A DNA stretch of 64,000 nucleotides from Carcharhinus amblyrhynchos (taxonomy: Eukaryota). Below the pieces are notes generated by a model. The model had not been told where the DNA came from, ran no database searches, and saw nothing but the letters and a program-made list of their open reading frames with translations. The position numbers and the translations under genes are program-made. How positions within the stretch are numbered: position 1 is the first letter of the stretch; each line of letters opens with the position of its first letter. Shown here piece by piece: positions 13,359 through 25,912 of this stretch. Where the stretch lies: the NCBI GenBank assembly GCA_965287045.1, contig OZ336871.1:94240001-94304000 (forward strand). Reading direction: 5' to 3'.

Positions 13359-14129
13359 TAATACTGCAGATTTAACGATGATTAGAGTAAAATGTGAATC
13401 TCCGACTTCCATTTATACTGAGGGCAATGAAATTTTATCTCCAGGCTTATTACTCTTATTTTCCATGTGCCGTTTTCCTTGCTCTCTGACCGAGCCCAAC
13501 TCTTAATAACATCAACTTATGTTTCTATATCTGGCATACGTGCATTCCGAATTCCTGAACTAGCTTTACATCTACCATAACCTTGACCGAGTGCATTGCT
13601 TTGATCTGGAGCTGAACTGTGACCTGGAGTATTATTGTTTGCCCTACTTCTGTATACCATCTAGATATGACCTACTTTCCCAGAGGCACAGCATTTTGAC
13701 TGAAAATGGGGCATTTTAATTGATGGTGGCTACATGGCAACAGTAACATTAACACTTCTGACTGTGTATCCGTGAACCTGATTGTTATTTCTCAAAGAAT
13801 CCAGAAGACCTCCCTTTTTAACTGAGGAAAAAAAAATCACTTTCAACTCCCAACTATCTCTTTCTGCCACTTTTATGGCTCTGGTCCTCATCACAGGTCT
13901 GCCTTCGCATGAGCTTATTGCCTTTGTTCATAAGCCTGGCTTGGATTTTATTATAGGTTAGGGCTCCTACAATCATATCTTTAAGGTTCATTTCTCAGTT
14001 CAAACCACATACCTCCACTGCCAGTTTTTGGTTACGTACCATGCTGACTCACTATAACAGAGCAATCTTTCAAATTTTTCAAATCTTCCCCAAATCAACT
14101 TTAGATGTTCCAGAAATGTATCACAATGT

Positions 14130-16167
14130 TCTTCAGTCCTTATATTCCGGTGAGAAAGAAGGAATGTAAGAAAAGGGATAACCAGCCATGGATAATAAGG
14201 AGATAAAGGAGAGTATTAAATTAAAAACCGATGCGTACAGAGTGGCCAAAACTATTGGGGAATTAGAAGATTGGGAAAGCTTTAAAAAACAACAAAGAAC
14301 AACTAAGAAAGCGATAAAGAAAGGAAAGATAGATTATGAAACTAAACTAGCGCAAAACATAAAAACTGATAGTAAAAGTTTTTACAAATATATAAAAAGG
14401 CTGAAGTGAATGTTGGACCCTTAGAAGACGAGAGGGGGTATTTAGTGGTGGGAAATGAGGAAATGGCCGAGGCCTTAAACAAGTTTTTTGTGTCGGTCTT
14501 CACGGTAGAGGACAAAAATAGCTTACCAAAAATTGATGGTCGTGAGACTGTAGGGGGTGAGGTCCTTAAAACGATTACTATTATTAAAGAGGTAGTGCTT
14601 GGTTGGCTAATGGGACTAAAGGTTGACACGTCCCCGAGCCTGGATGGAATGCATCATAGGGTACTGAAAGAAATGGCAGAAGTAATAGAGATGCGTTTGT
14701 AGTAATTTATCAAAATTTGTGGACTCTGGGGAAGTGCTGGCTGATTGGAAAGCAGCTAATGCGATGCCACTGTTTAATAAAGGAAGTAGACAAAAGGTCT
14801 AACGTCCGTAATTGGGAAAATGCTGGAATCCATCATTAAAGAAGAAATAGCAGGACACCTGGAAAAGAGTGGTTTGATCAAGCAGACGCAGCATGGATTC
14901 ATGAAGGGAAAGTCATGTTTGATGAATTTACTGGATTTTTATGAAAATGTAACAAGTGCAGTTGACAGAGGGGAACCGGTGGATGTGGTGTTTTTAGATT
15001 TCCAGAAGGCGTTCGATAAGATGCCTCACAAAAGGTTGCTACAGAAGATTAAGGTACTTGGAGTTGGGGGTAAAGTGTTAGCGTGGATTGAGAATTGGCT
15101 ATCTAACAGAAAGCGGAGAGTTGGAATAAATGGGTGCTTTTCTGGTTGGCTGATGGTGACTAGTGGCGTGCTGGAGCCTCAACTGTCTACCATATACATA
15201 GACGATCTGGAGGAGGGGACCGAGTGTAGGGTAGCAAAGTTTGCTGATGACACAAAGATGAGTGGGAAGGCGAATTGCGTGGAGAATGCAGAAAGTCTGC
15301 AGAGAGATTTGGATAGACTGAGTGAGTGGACGAGGATCTGGCAGATGGAGTATAATGTTGGCAAGTGTGAGGTTATCCACTTTGCAAGGAATAATAGTAA
15401 AATGGACGATTATTTAAATGGTGATAAATTACAACATGTTACTGTGCAGAGGGACCTGAGGGTCCTTGTGCATGAATCGCAAAAAGTCAGTTTGTAAGTG
15501 CAGCAAGTGATCAAGAAGGTAGATGGAATGTTGGCCTTTATAGCGAAGGGGATAGAATATAAAAGTAGGGAGGTCTTGCTGCAACTGTACAGGGTACTGG
15601 TGAGGCTGCAACTAGAGTACTGTGTGCAATTTTGGTCCCCTTATTTGCGAAAGGATATATTGGCCTTAGAGGTGCAGAGAAGGTTCACCAGGTTGATACT
15701 GGAGACGAGAGGGTTAGCTTATGAAGAGAGATTGACTAGATTGGGCCTGTACTCGTTGGAGTTTAGAAGGCTGAGGGGTGATCTTATAGAGGCATATAAG
15801 ATAATGAAGGGGCTAGATAGGGTGGAGGCAGAGAGATTCTTTCCACTTAGAAAGGAAACAAGAACTAGGGGACACAGCCTCAAAATAAGGGGGAGTCAGT
15901 TTAGAACAGAGTTGAGGAGGAATTTCTTCTCTCAGAGGGTACTGAATCTCTGGAATTCTCTGCCCATTGAAGCGGTGGAGGCTACCTAGTTGAAAGTGTT
16001 TAAGTCACAGGTAGATAGACTTCTGATCAATAAGGGAATGAAGGATTATGGGGAGCAGGCGGGTAAGTGGAACCGAACCACTACAACATCAGCCATGATC
16101 TTATTGAATGGCGAGGCAGGCTCAAGGGGCTAGGTGGCCTACTCCTGCTCCTAATTCTTATGTTCTT
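14130..16167 (+). mobile_element. 5'-truncated CR1 LINE with disrupted ORF2
   Basis: ORF pieces 14188-15989 with QHGF, DFQKAFD, FADD and C-terminal RTRGHS; frameshifts, deletions and a stop; (TTCTTATG) tail. Confidence 0.95.
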
Positions 16168-16242
16168 AACTTTGTAAATTAAATGTCAAAAAAAAGTACT
16201 TTCTCTTTGTCAACAACTTCCTGTTGTGCATTGCACTGAGTA

Positions 16243-17245
16243 ACAGAAACATAGAAAATAGGAGCAAGAGAAGGCCAGTCAGTCCTTGGAGGCTGCTCTG
16301 CCATTTATTATGATCATGAAACACAATAGCCTAATCCTACCTGTCCCATATCCTTTGATCCCCTTTTGCCCTAAGTGCTATATCTAACTGCTTCTTGAAA
16401 GCTTAAAATATTTTGGCCTCAACTACTTTCTGCGGTAGCAAATTCCACAGGCTGACCACTCTCTGAGTGAAGAGATTTCTCCTCTTCTCTATCCTAATCA
16501 GTCTGCTTTATATCTGCAGACTGTGACCCCTAGTTCTGGACAACCCCACTTTGGGAATATCCTTCCTGCACAAACACTGTCTGGTCCTGTTAGAATTTTA
16601 TAGGTTTCTATGAGATCCCCCCTCGTTCTTCTGAACTCCAGCAAATGCAATTCTAACCAACTCAATTTCTGCTCAAATGTCAGTCCTGCTATCCTAGGAA
16701 TCAGTCTGCTAATTCTTCTCTGCACTCCCTTTAAATAAACAGCACCCTTCCTCAGATAAGGAGATCGAAACTGCACACAATATTCCAGGTGTGGCCTCAC
16801 CAAAGCCCTTATAATTGCATCAAGGTATCCTTGCTCCTGTACGCAAATGCTCTTGCTATAAAGGCTGGCATAACATTTGCATTTTTTCCTATCTGCTACA
16901 CCTGCATGGTTGCCATCAGTGACTGTTGTATGAGGACACCCAGGTCTCATTATACATTCCCCTCCTAATTTTTGGCCAGAGAGTAATCTGCCTTCCTGTT
17001 TTTGTTTCCGAAGTGGATAACCTCATTTTTATCCAAATTATACTGCATTTGTCATTCATTTGCCCACTCACTCAATTTGTCCAAACCACACTGAAGGACC
17101 TCTGTATCCTCCTCACAGCTCACCGTCCCAACTAACTTTGTGTCACCTGCAACTTTGGAGATACTACATTTTGTCCCCTCATCTAAATTATTAATATAGT
17201 GAATAGTTGGGGTCCCAGCATTGATCTCTGTGGTACCTCACTAGT
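16243..17245 (-). mobile_element. CR1 LINE 3' fragment
   Basis: ALVRPHLEYCVQF...LLEFRRTRGDLIETYKIL (16498-16950); tail ACATAGAAAATAGGAGC. Confidence 0.9.
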
Positions 17246-18253
17246 TTTGCGGCAGTAGAGATGACTCGCTATTGGCCATTGTCAAAAGAACATAAGAACT
17301 AAGAGCAGGAGTAGGTCATCTGGCCCCTCGAGCCAGATTTCATGTCGCTGGGAAACCCATGGTAGGGGTGTGCCATTGGCGGAACCGGAAGATCATGCTG
17401 ATATGAAACAGCTGGAAAGTTACAGCCATAGATCCTTACAGCACTTTGACCCATTGTTTCTATGCTAGTCATTATGCACCTGTCCATTTTAATCCCATTT
17501 TTCAGCACTTGATGCGTAGCCTTGTTATATGCAGCAATGCAACACAATTTAGAGTCATAGAGGTTTACAGCATGGACACAGGCCCTTTGGCCTAACTTGT
17601 CCATGCCACCTTTTTTTTTAAACCCCTAAGCTAATCCCAATTTCCAGCATTTTGCCCATATCCCTCTGTACCCATTGTACCCATGTAACTATCTAAATGC
17701 TTTTTAAAAGACAAAATTTTATGTGCCTCTACTATTACCTCTAGCAGCTTGTTCTAGACACTCACCACCCTCTGTGTGAAAAAACTGCCCCTCTGGACAC
17801 TTCTGTTTCTCTCCCATCTCACCTTAAACCTATGCCCTCTAGTTTTAGACTTCCCTACCTTTAGGAAAAGATATTGACTATTTAGCTGATCTATGCCCCT
17901 CATTATTTTATAGACCTCTATAAGGTCACCCCTCAGCCTCCTGCGCTCCACAGACAAAAGTCCCAGTCTATCCAGCCTCTCCTTATAACTCAATCCATCA
18001 AGACCCAGTAGGATCCTAGTAAATCTTTTCTGCATTCTTTCTAGTTTAATAATATCCTTTCTATAATAGGGTGACCAGAATTGCACACAGCATTCCAAGT
18101 GTGGCCTTACCAATGTCTTGTACAACTTCAGCAAGGCATCCCAACTCCTGTATTCAATGTTCTGATGTGGGAATGCCGGCGTTGGACTGGCGTAAACACA
18201 GTAAAAAGTCTGACAACACCAGGTTTTAGTCCAACCGATTTATTTGATAATAC

Positions 18254-18291
18254 TCACAAGCTTTCGAGGGGACTGCCTCTTCGTCAGGTGA
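18254..18291 (-). ncRNA. Minimal type-I hammerhead ribozyme motif (intact core)
   Basis: TCAC-CTGACGA-A-GAGG-cagtcc-CCTC-GAAA-GCT-T-GTGA: stem I TCAC/GTGA, stem II GAGG/CCTC, palindromic AGCT in place of stem III. Confidence 0.8.
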
Positions 18292-18307
18292 ATGGAGAGT
18301 TCTCCAT

Positions 18308-18345
18308 TCACCTGACAAAGAGGCAGTCCCCTCGAAAGCTTGTGA
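18308..18345 (+). ncRNA. Hammerhead motif with core mutation (CTGACAA)
   Basis: Mirror of 18254-18291, but G8 changed to A in the CUGANGA box. Confidence 0.65.
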
Positions 18346-18432
18346 GTATTATCAAATAAATCGGTTGGATTAAAACCTGGTGTTGTCAGACTTTTTCAGT
18401 GTTCTGACCAGTGAAACCAAGCATGCCGAATG

Positions 18433-18549
18433 CCTTCTTCACACTGTCCACTTGTGACTCCACTTTCAAGGAGCTATGAAATTGTATCCCTTCTTCACCA
18501 CTCTGTCCACTTGTGACTCCACTTTCAAGGAGCTATGAAATTGTATCCC
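18433..18549. repeat. Tandem duplication of about 58 bp within CR1
   Basis: CCTTCTTCA...CTGTCCACTTGTGACTCCACTTTCAAGGAGCTATGAAATTGTATCC present twice. Confidence 0.9.
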
Positions 18550-19191
18550 TAGACCTCTTTGTACTGTAACTCTCCCCAAAGCCCTACCATTAACTGAGTA
18601 AGTCCTGCCCTGCATCAGTCTACCAAAATGCATCACCTCGCATTTGTCTGAAGTAAAATTGGTGACACCAATCTTGGTATCATCTGCAAACTTACTAGCC
18701 ATGCCTCCTATATTCTCATCCAAATCATTAATATAAATTACAAATAATAGTGGACCCTGCACTGATCCTGAGGCGCAGCGCTGGTCATAGGCCTCCAGTT
18801 TGAAAAACAATTCTCTACGACCACCCTCTGGCTTCTGTCAGGAAGCCATTTTTGTATGCATTTAGATACCTCACCCTGGATCCCGTGAGATTTAACCTTA
18901 TGCAACAACCTATCATGCGGCACCTTGTCAAAGGCCTTGCTAAAGTCCATGTAGACAATATCAACTGCACTGCCCTCATCTACCTTCTCGGTTACCCCTT
19001 CAAAAAACTCAAGTCAAATTTGTGAGACATGATTTTCCACTCACAAAGCCATGCTGACTGTCCGTAATCAGTACTTGATATATGAGAAGTTAAAACCTGG
19101 TAATACAGTTCATAGAATAGAGCAAGATATTGAAATTTTATAAAATTCAATATGTTGTAATGGCATTACAATGTTAGTAATGTTACAATGT

Positions 19192-19795
19192 TAGGGAGGT
19201 CTTGCTGCAGCTGTATAGGGCACTGGTGAGGCCGCAGCTGGAGTACTGTGTGCAGTTTTGGTTGCCGCACTTACGCAAGGATATTTTGGCCTTGGAGGGA
19301 GTGCAGAGGAGGTTTACTAGGCTGATTCTGGAGTTGAGGGGGTTGAACTATGAGGAGAGGCTGAACAAACTAGGCTTGTACTCATTAGAGTTTAGAAGAA
19401 TGAGGGGAGATCTCATTGAGACATATAAGATGTTGAATGGGATGGATAGGATAGAGGTGGAGAGGCTCTTCCCGCTCAGAAAGAACAGTAGGACTAGAGG
19501 GCACAGCCTCAGGATAAAGGGGGGGCGGTTTAGAACGGAGTTGAGGAGGAACTTCTTCACTCAAAGGGTGGTGACTCTCTGGAATTCTCTGCCCGTTGAA
19601 GTGGTGGAGGCTGCCTCGCTCAATATTTTTAAGATGCGGGTTGATAGGTTTTTGATAGGCAAGGGGATTAAGGGTTATGGGGAGAGGGCGGGTATGTGGA
19701 ACTGAGTCACGACAGATCAACCATGATCTTATTGAATGGCGGGGCAGGCTCGAGGGGCTAGATGGCCTACTCCAGCTCCTATTTCTTATGTTCTT
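19192..19795 (+). mobile_element. Young CR1 3' fragment
   Basis: Open 167-aa ORF2 C-terminus; highly similar to 61441-62040; (TTCTTATG) tail. Confidence 0.95.
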
Positions 19796-20714
19796 AGTAT
19801 CGTATTATGTAAATTATCATATTATTTCACATTGGAAATATGTACGACTGGACTTGAATAAGGCTCATGATAAAGTAAATTTGCTGCAGACTGCTACTGA
19901 ATTCATCGATGGACAGTGCCTAAAGAGAACTTTTGTTATCAATGAGTTCAATAGTAATGATCTATGGTTCTATTCAGAGGATTACACAAATATTTCAGTA
20001 AATACAATGAAAGTATAGTTGGTAAAAATTCTATTTCTCTAATATCATGTCCAAATTTGGTTCCTACCTAAATAGATAATAAAAATGTTTTCATTGTTGA
20101 TAACTATATTTGCTGAAAAGGCACCATTTGAAATCCAAGGGCAAGCACTCAATGTTCTACCAAATTGTAACAAGCCAATCCACTGAATCAAAATTGAAAA
20201 AGCCAGAATACAGAAGTACTGATCCAATGGTTTCTGAGGAATTAAGTGGTCCCCTGATACATCTGTTTTAACTGTTCTTTTCTACAGCACAGATCCTGCC
20301 TATCCACATAAAGCCATCAAATCTCAGGACGATAGATCCATACTGTGAGAATGTCAAAGCTCACAGACATCACAATGAATGAGAAGCTATTACAGTACCT
20401 TATTGAAAAAATCTACCGCTATCTGATTTCAAATTTGAGACACTTTTAAATTTAATCTAGATAAAGAGAAAACCTTTTGTATCCAGGTCAATATCACAGC
20501 ATCCAGAACCAACAAACTATAGATTCAATAGGGTATGACATCCTGGTCTCAATAGGAATGTAGTTTCTTGTGATGTGTTTGGTGATCTGATCAGCTGCGA
20601 GTGATTCCCATTGCATTTAAATAGTAGCAAAATATCTTTAGCCGCCCTTTCACATTATGAGCACATTTTATTCATCAACAGTTCCCTGGTCACATCTATT
20701 TCAATAACACAGTC

Positions 20715-21115
20715 TTTATTTGTTGACAGGATGGGGGCATCACTGGCCAGGCCAGCATTTATTGCTCATTCCTAATTACCCTTGAGAAGGTGCTCGTGTG
20801 CTGACTTCTTGAACTGGTGTAGCTGATGTGGTTGAAAAAGGTCCACGGTGCTATTGGGAATGAAGGATTCCAGGAGTTTGACCCAATGATAGCGAAGAAA
20901 TGGTGATAAAGTTCCAAGTCAGGATGAAGTGTGACTTGGAGAGAAGGTGAAGATGGAGGTATTTCCATGTATCTGCTACTCTTGTCCTTCCAGCTGGTAG
21001 AGGTCCTGCGTTTTGAAGGAGCTTTGGTGAGTTACTGCAATACATCTTTAGATGGTACACGCTGCTGTGACTGTGCATAGGCAGTAGAGGGAGTGAATGT
21101 TTATTGTATTGCTGA
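20715..21115 (-). mobile_element. CR1/L2-group LINE 3' fragment
   Basis: Homologous to 6205-6600 and 63090-63450 (GCATTTATTGCTCATTCCTAATTACCCTTGAGAAGG). Confidence 0.8.
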
Positions 21116-21125
21116 AAAGGGCTAA

Positions 21126-21678
21126 TGTTGTCAAAGCTGCTCACCTTCCATTCATCAGGACAGTTTGCAAGAATATTAGATGTAAAGAGACCAACAATTT
21201 ATACTGCATGAAAAAAGAGTACAGATTGTTTGCCAAGTGAGCTCTGACTGGTAGAGGCATGGCCATGGAGAATGCACCAGTTAACTGATGACTAACACTT
21301 AACTGCCAAGCTTTATTTAAATTCAAACCAGGCAGGGTGATTCTGATTGGTCAAGACATTGCCCTGGGGAATGAATCAGAAAAATCCTCTGTTGCCAATT
21401 TTGTTTAGGTGAAAAAAAGTACATATATTCTTACTCCCTGCAGCAGACAGGGCCGTGTGTATTAATATATGTAGCTTCTGGCATGTGTAAATTGGCCACA
21501 CTGTGAGCCCAACTGATAATCTTGAATTGGTTGTCAGTGTAATTATTAGCACAATCAGCACTGTTTATCAAATGTTGTCCAATCGCATCACATCATTTGG
21601 CTGTGTACAATAGGCAAAGTATCACTGTGCTGAACCAATTCATGCTTGCAAAACACAATCCATAATCTCCAATATTAG
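21126..21678 (-). mobile_element. Penelope-like element relic: GIY-YIG C-terminus, 3' UTR and degenerate hammerhead
   Basis: Minus strand reads DAIGQHLINSADCANNYTDNQFKIIS...EATYINTHGPV, typical of the PLE endonuclease end; terminal TGTC-CTGATGA...AGCT-TT-GACA at 21129-21162. Confidence 0.8.
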
Positions 21679-24600
21679 TTGAGAAACAGCCCCATAGCTG
21701 TGTAGCTTTTTTAGAATAATTTTCTGTTCTACTTCCAACTCCTGGCTAATACATTATTGATTCTCAATCAGTACGGTTCCAGTAATTATGTAAAATTGTT
21801 AGCAACCCACACTTCAATTATATAACTGTCAAAATTGGTATAATACCTGTGGAAGGCAAAAAGCAATAGAAACTAAAACGATATACGGATTATAAATTTT
21901 GCCAAATGGGGGTGATGGAAAGAAGTGATGTCATCTAAATGTTCATCTAATTGTTCAACCAGAGCTTTGATTCTGTAGTTTATTGTATTATTCATATTCT
22001 TCGCTAAGAATGATTCCTTGTATTCCCTTTTGAATATTGATTACTCAGGAGGCTGTGTTATCACTGCAGGCACATGGATCACCTAGTCCACTGTCCTGAC
22101 ATGAGCAGATATCTGAGGGGCTGACCAGAAAGTTTGGACTGAGTTTTACCAGCCGCTTAGGAAAGGCCTGGTGAAATCGCAGGGGGCCGAGTTAACTTGG
22201 TTTCTTATTCCACCTTTAGGGCATTTTACTGACAGCAGCATTGGAAGTAGACAGGTTGCCTTGAGGAGATAATTTGCATTGTTAAAGGCCCTATTAAGAA
22301 CCATTTAACATTGCTATCAGCAATGTTGGAGCAACTTGTTGCCTCCCGATTTTGTTTCTCTTCATCAACTTGCTTTAAGTACAAGTTCTTCTGCATACCT
22401 CACCAGTGACCACCTTTCCTAGTGACCCTGCTGACTTCAGAGCTGTTGGCCCAAAGGGCAGCACCATGCACAGCCCATCCGCCAGCCTTAATTGGATCGC
22501 AGGTCCACAGGTAGGCAGGTGGCCCAGTCACCTGTGGTTAAACTGCGCTGTGGGTCCTGCTGATGGCAAGTGGGCTATTGAGACCATTTACCCAAATATT
22601 GTGATCCTCACTCACATGGTAAAATTCAGCCATTCATACCAATTTTCACCAGAAGAGTGGGCAAGCATTTCAAATTGGATTCTTACGACCAAACTTCATC
22701 TGACTGTGTACTGATCAGCAGAAGGGTGAGCTTTATGTCTCTCTTTATAACTAAACTGTTCTGTTATCATCCCAGTGAACATGGTTTGCATTGTCTTAGT
22801 GGACTTGATTTCCTTGCTAAAGGACACCCAAAACTGAGTAGAATTTTTTGAACTTCAGCCTAATCAATGATCCATATAGGCTTATGGCAACAAACTACGT
22901 TTCTGATCAAACCTCTACCACTTGTTAGTTCATTTTATCAGATTGCACAACCAAATCCTCGATTGAGTGTCGTGACAGATGAACTGCAGAAACTCAACCT
23001 CAAGATCCTCTTGAAAGAAAAAAAAGCATTCATCACTGTAACAGTGGCTATCTTTCTGAAACTGGCTATCACTTCCTGATGGGAGTCTTAACAGCTAAAT
23101 ACATCACCAATATAATTAATTTGTAAAGTAGCATCCAGTACTGCCTCCAAGCTTTTCACCTTGGGTTACATACAATGGATTGCCTTCAGTTCTAGTCAAT
23201 TATGAATTTCTAAGGTTACAGAAATGAATTATATGAACAATACAAGGTTGTAAAATTAAATGTCACTGATTCTCAAAGTTGCTCAATGATATTAAGTTGC
23301 TGAAGCTAATTGCACTTCAGTAAACCGCTTCAGATATAGTGAATATCTGTTGGATGAATCAGCCTATGCTAACATGATCGTAATATAAGTTGCATATTAA
23401 CTAAAGGACACTTACCATGTACAAAAGGCTAATCTCACAACAATTGCAAACAATATTCTCACTAGCACTCTCTCAATGGTTTTGCTGAGTGAACAAAGCA
23501 TCCGCAATTGTCAGCAAATTTTGCAGCTGAAGGGTATATGGATTACCATCATCAGCACATAGCTGAATTAAATAAAATCACTTTCTTAATTCTTTCTGCT
23601 GTCAGAGCTCTTTCCTATTCTAGTCTTTTTTAGGAATGAAAAGCAATGTCTGTTCCAGAAAATTCTCTAAGAAAAGCATTAGTCACTTTCAAATCGCTCC
23701 AGGGTAGCACAGCAGAATCACAACTTCCAGGTGTGTGACATTGATAAGGGACATCATCAGCCCCAACCAATCAAATTTCAATGTCATGGATTTCAAAGAA
23801 TAGATAACTGAAATTTCCTTCTCAGAAATGATAGTTGATTTATAATTTGTATGACTGAGCACATAGAAATTGAGTTTAATTGTTCTTCAGTCTGGGTATG
23901 TACAAAGGAAAGGAAATTGGAAGTTCTGTTTGTTGTTTTACATAACTACAACATAAAAACCATTGGATGTTATGTTTCACACAATTTCACGCATTGCCTC
24001 ATTGTAATAGCAAATGCTTGTTGAGGTATTAGGGGTCTCACCGACTGACAACAGACCCATATTGCCTTTCCTGAAAAGGCCCACCAAACCACAAGCCAAT
24101 CAGGCAGTGGCAAGGTCTTCCTTTGGAATCAAGACCCTGCGAGTTGATGTCTTGCCTACCAAGAAGAACCTACCAGAGGCTGGCAGCTCTTGTGATCCAA
24201 CAGCCCCACTAGGAAGGTCGTGGCTGCTGTTGGAAGAACAGACACCTGAATCCCAGGATCTCAAAGTGACTCAGGCCACGAGTAAGTGATGTTGGTGGAT
24301 GGATGGAAGGGGGTGGCTGATTTCGCAGGCTGGGACTTTTTGAGAGAGGAGTGTAGGTGTTGGGTCAAAGTCAAGGGCAAGAGGGTGGTTTTTAGTGCCT
24401 CATTTCCAGATCTCTAGTGCTTAACCACATACTGAGTATCTTTGATGGAGGGGCCACCCAGCCCACAGGATTAATTCCCTGCAGGATGAGGTCCTTAAAT
24501 GGCACTTAAGATCTTCAGTAGGCAGTGGGGTGAGATGAGTCTGTCCACTACAGATCTTCTAAACAAGAACTTAATTCTGGTGAAGGCAGAAAGGTAGCAA

Positions 24601-25321
24601 GGTTCTGGTTCATCACCATCCTGCTTAATTACATACTGACCATTCTCCCCACCCACCCCCCCCAAGCTTGTCACCAGCGAGAGCATCAGAACCATGTTTG
24701 TTTTTGTTGAGTGCTATTTGTACTGCAGTGGGTCTTGTCAGTAACAGCAACATGCATTTGTTTAGCATCTTTAATAAAATTTTTGAGATCAACGTAACCG
24801 TTAAGATTCTCATGGTTCTCCTTCAAAGTCCTTTGCATGCATTTTTATATTGGTGACATCTTGATACTGAATTTGTTTTCTTACGAGTTACCTTAAGAAT
24901 GAAGGGCTGCCACTCAAATGTTACCATTCCAGCAGTTTCTCAATCTCTGAACAAGGAATCCATTTGTTACTGGATAAGTTTCTTCAAAGGAGGAGCAGCC
25001 CTCTCAATAATCAAGGAAATAAACTTTTAAATCATTGGTATTTTCCAGGCAGGTAGAATATTAACTACCAGAGTCAAGCCTTTTGAAAGCAAATCAATCA
25101 CCATGACCTCTTTTTGCAAAAGAAAGTTGCTTATTTTCGTGGCTCAGCCTTCAGGGATAAAGGACTGTGGCCAAAATGGGATGGGTCCCAGTTTCTCTGA
25201 CAAGCAGTGAAGAGCTCATATTAAATTACTTTACTCAAAGAGTGTCAATACCTCCAAGGTGAAGCGGGGGAAAATCAGGCTGAATTCATTCGCACAAACA
25301 TCGCGTTAACAGGGTCCAGTA

Positions 25322-25632
25322 GCACAGTGGTTATATTACCGATTTAGTAATCCTGAGGCCTGAATTAATAATCCCGATGAACATGAATTCAAATCCCACA
25401 ATGTCAGTTTGAGAATTTGAATTCGGTTTAAGAAATCTGATATCACAAAGCTCCCTGTTGTAAAACCCCAGCTGGTTTCTAGTGTCCCTTCGAGGAAGGA
25501 GGCCTGTAATTCTTGCCCTGATTGACCTCAATGTGACTGACTGACTGTCTTTTGAGATGGCCTAGCAAGGGCAGCTAATCCTGGAAAATAAATGCCAATG
25601 ACACTCACATCCTGAGAATGCATTTAAAAAAG
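25322..25632 (+). mobile_element. Second tRNA-derived SINE family copy
   Basis: GCACAGTGGTTAT...TTCAAATCCCAC...TGTAAAACCCCAGCTGGTT...GGCCTAGCAAG...CACATCCTGAGAATG. Confidence 0.8.
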
Positions 25633-25715
25633 GATGACATTGACTGCCTTTTCAGTTGTGGTAGAAAGTACTTGTACGAGTTCTACAAAGAATAAGAAAT
25701 GAATATGTCTAAAAA

Positions 25716-25912
25716 GACACTTTGTCATAGCTTCTCACCTTGCACTCATCAGGACAATCGCAAGAATACCAGTGCCTATGTAGTGGCAACATGAGAGGTG
25801 TTTGCATGAACAGGATGTCGCCGTCAAGCCAAAAAGACATTCTAGACTATCACATAAATGAATAATGTGGCATATAAATTGCAATGCCAGTGTAGTGCTA
25901 GGTATGTAGATT
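25716..25912. mobile_element. Penelope-like relic: inverted end with degenerate hammerhead (-) plus GIY-YIG N-terminal fragment (+)
   Basis: 25723-25756(-) TGTC-CTGATGA-GTGCAAGGT-GAGA-AGCT-AT-GACA is homologous to 21129-21162; + strand NNVAYKLQCQCSARYV resembles the GIY-YIG motif 'NVVY...C.C...YVG'. Confidence 0.75.

Larger units (their letters stand above)
18166..18396 (-). mobile_element. Fold-back Penelope-like element end (inverted pLTR) with TSD
   Basis: 96-bp arms 18203-18298 and 18301-18396 (2 mismatches); about 37-nt unpaired tail; TSD TTCAATGTTCTGA (18153-18165) / TTCAGTGTTCTGA (18395-18407). Confidence 0.85.
17550..19075 (-). mobile_element. CR1 LINE 3' fragment containing a Penelope-like insertion and a tandem duplication
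   Basis: DFSKAFDKVPH, FADDTKIG and LVRPHLECCVQFWSP motifs in ORFs 18738-18950, 18466-18810, 17754-18134. Confidence 0.95.

Noticed and set aside
20270-20400. Plus-strand coding exon after a good acceptor (TTCTTTTTCTACAG)
   Set aside because: No recognisable peptide, frames close within about 30 codons, and no partner exons identified
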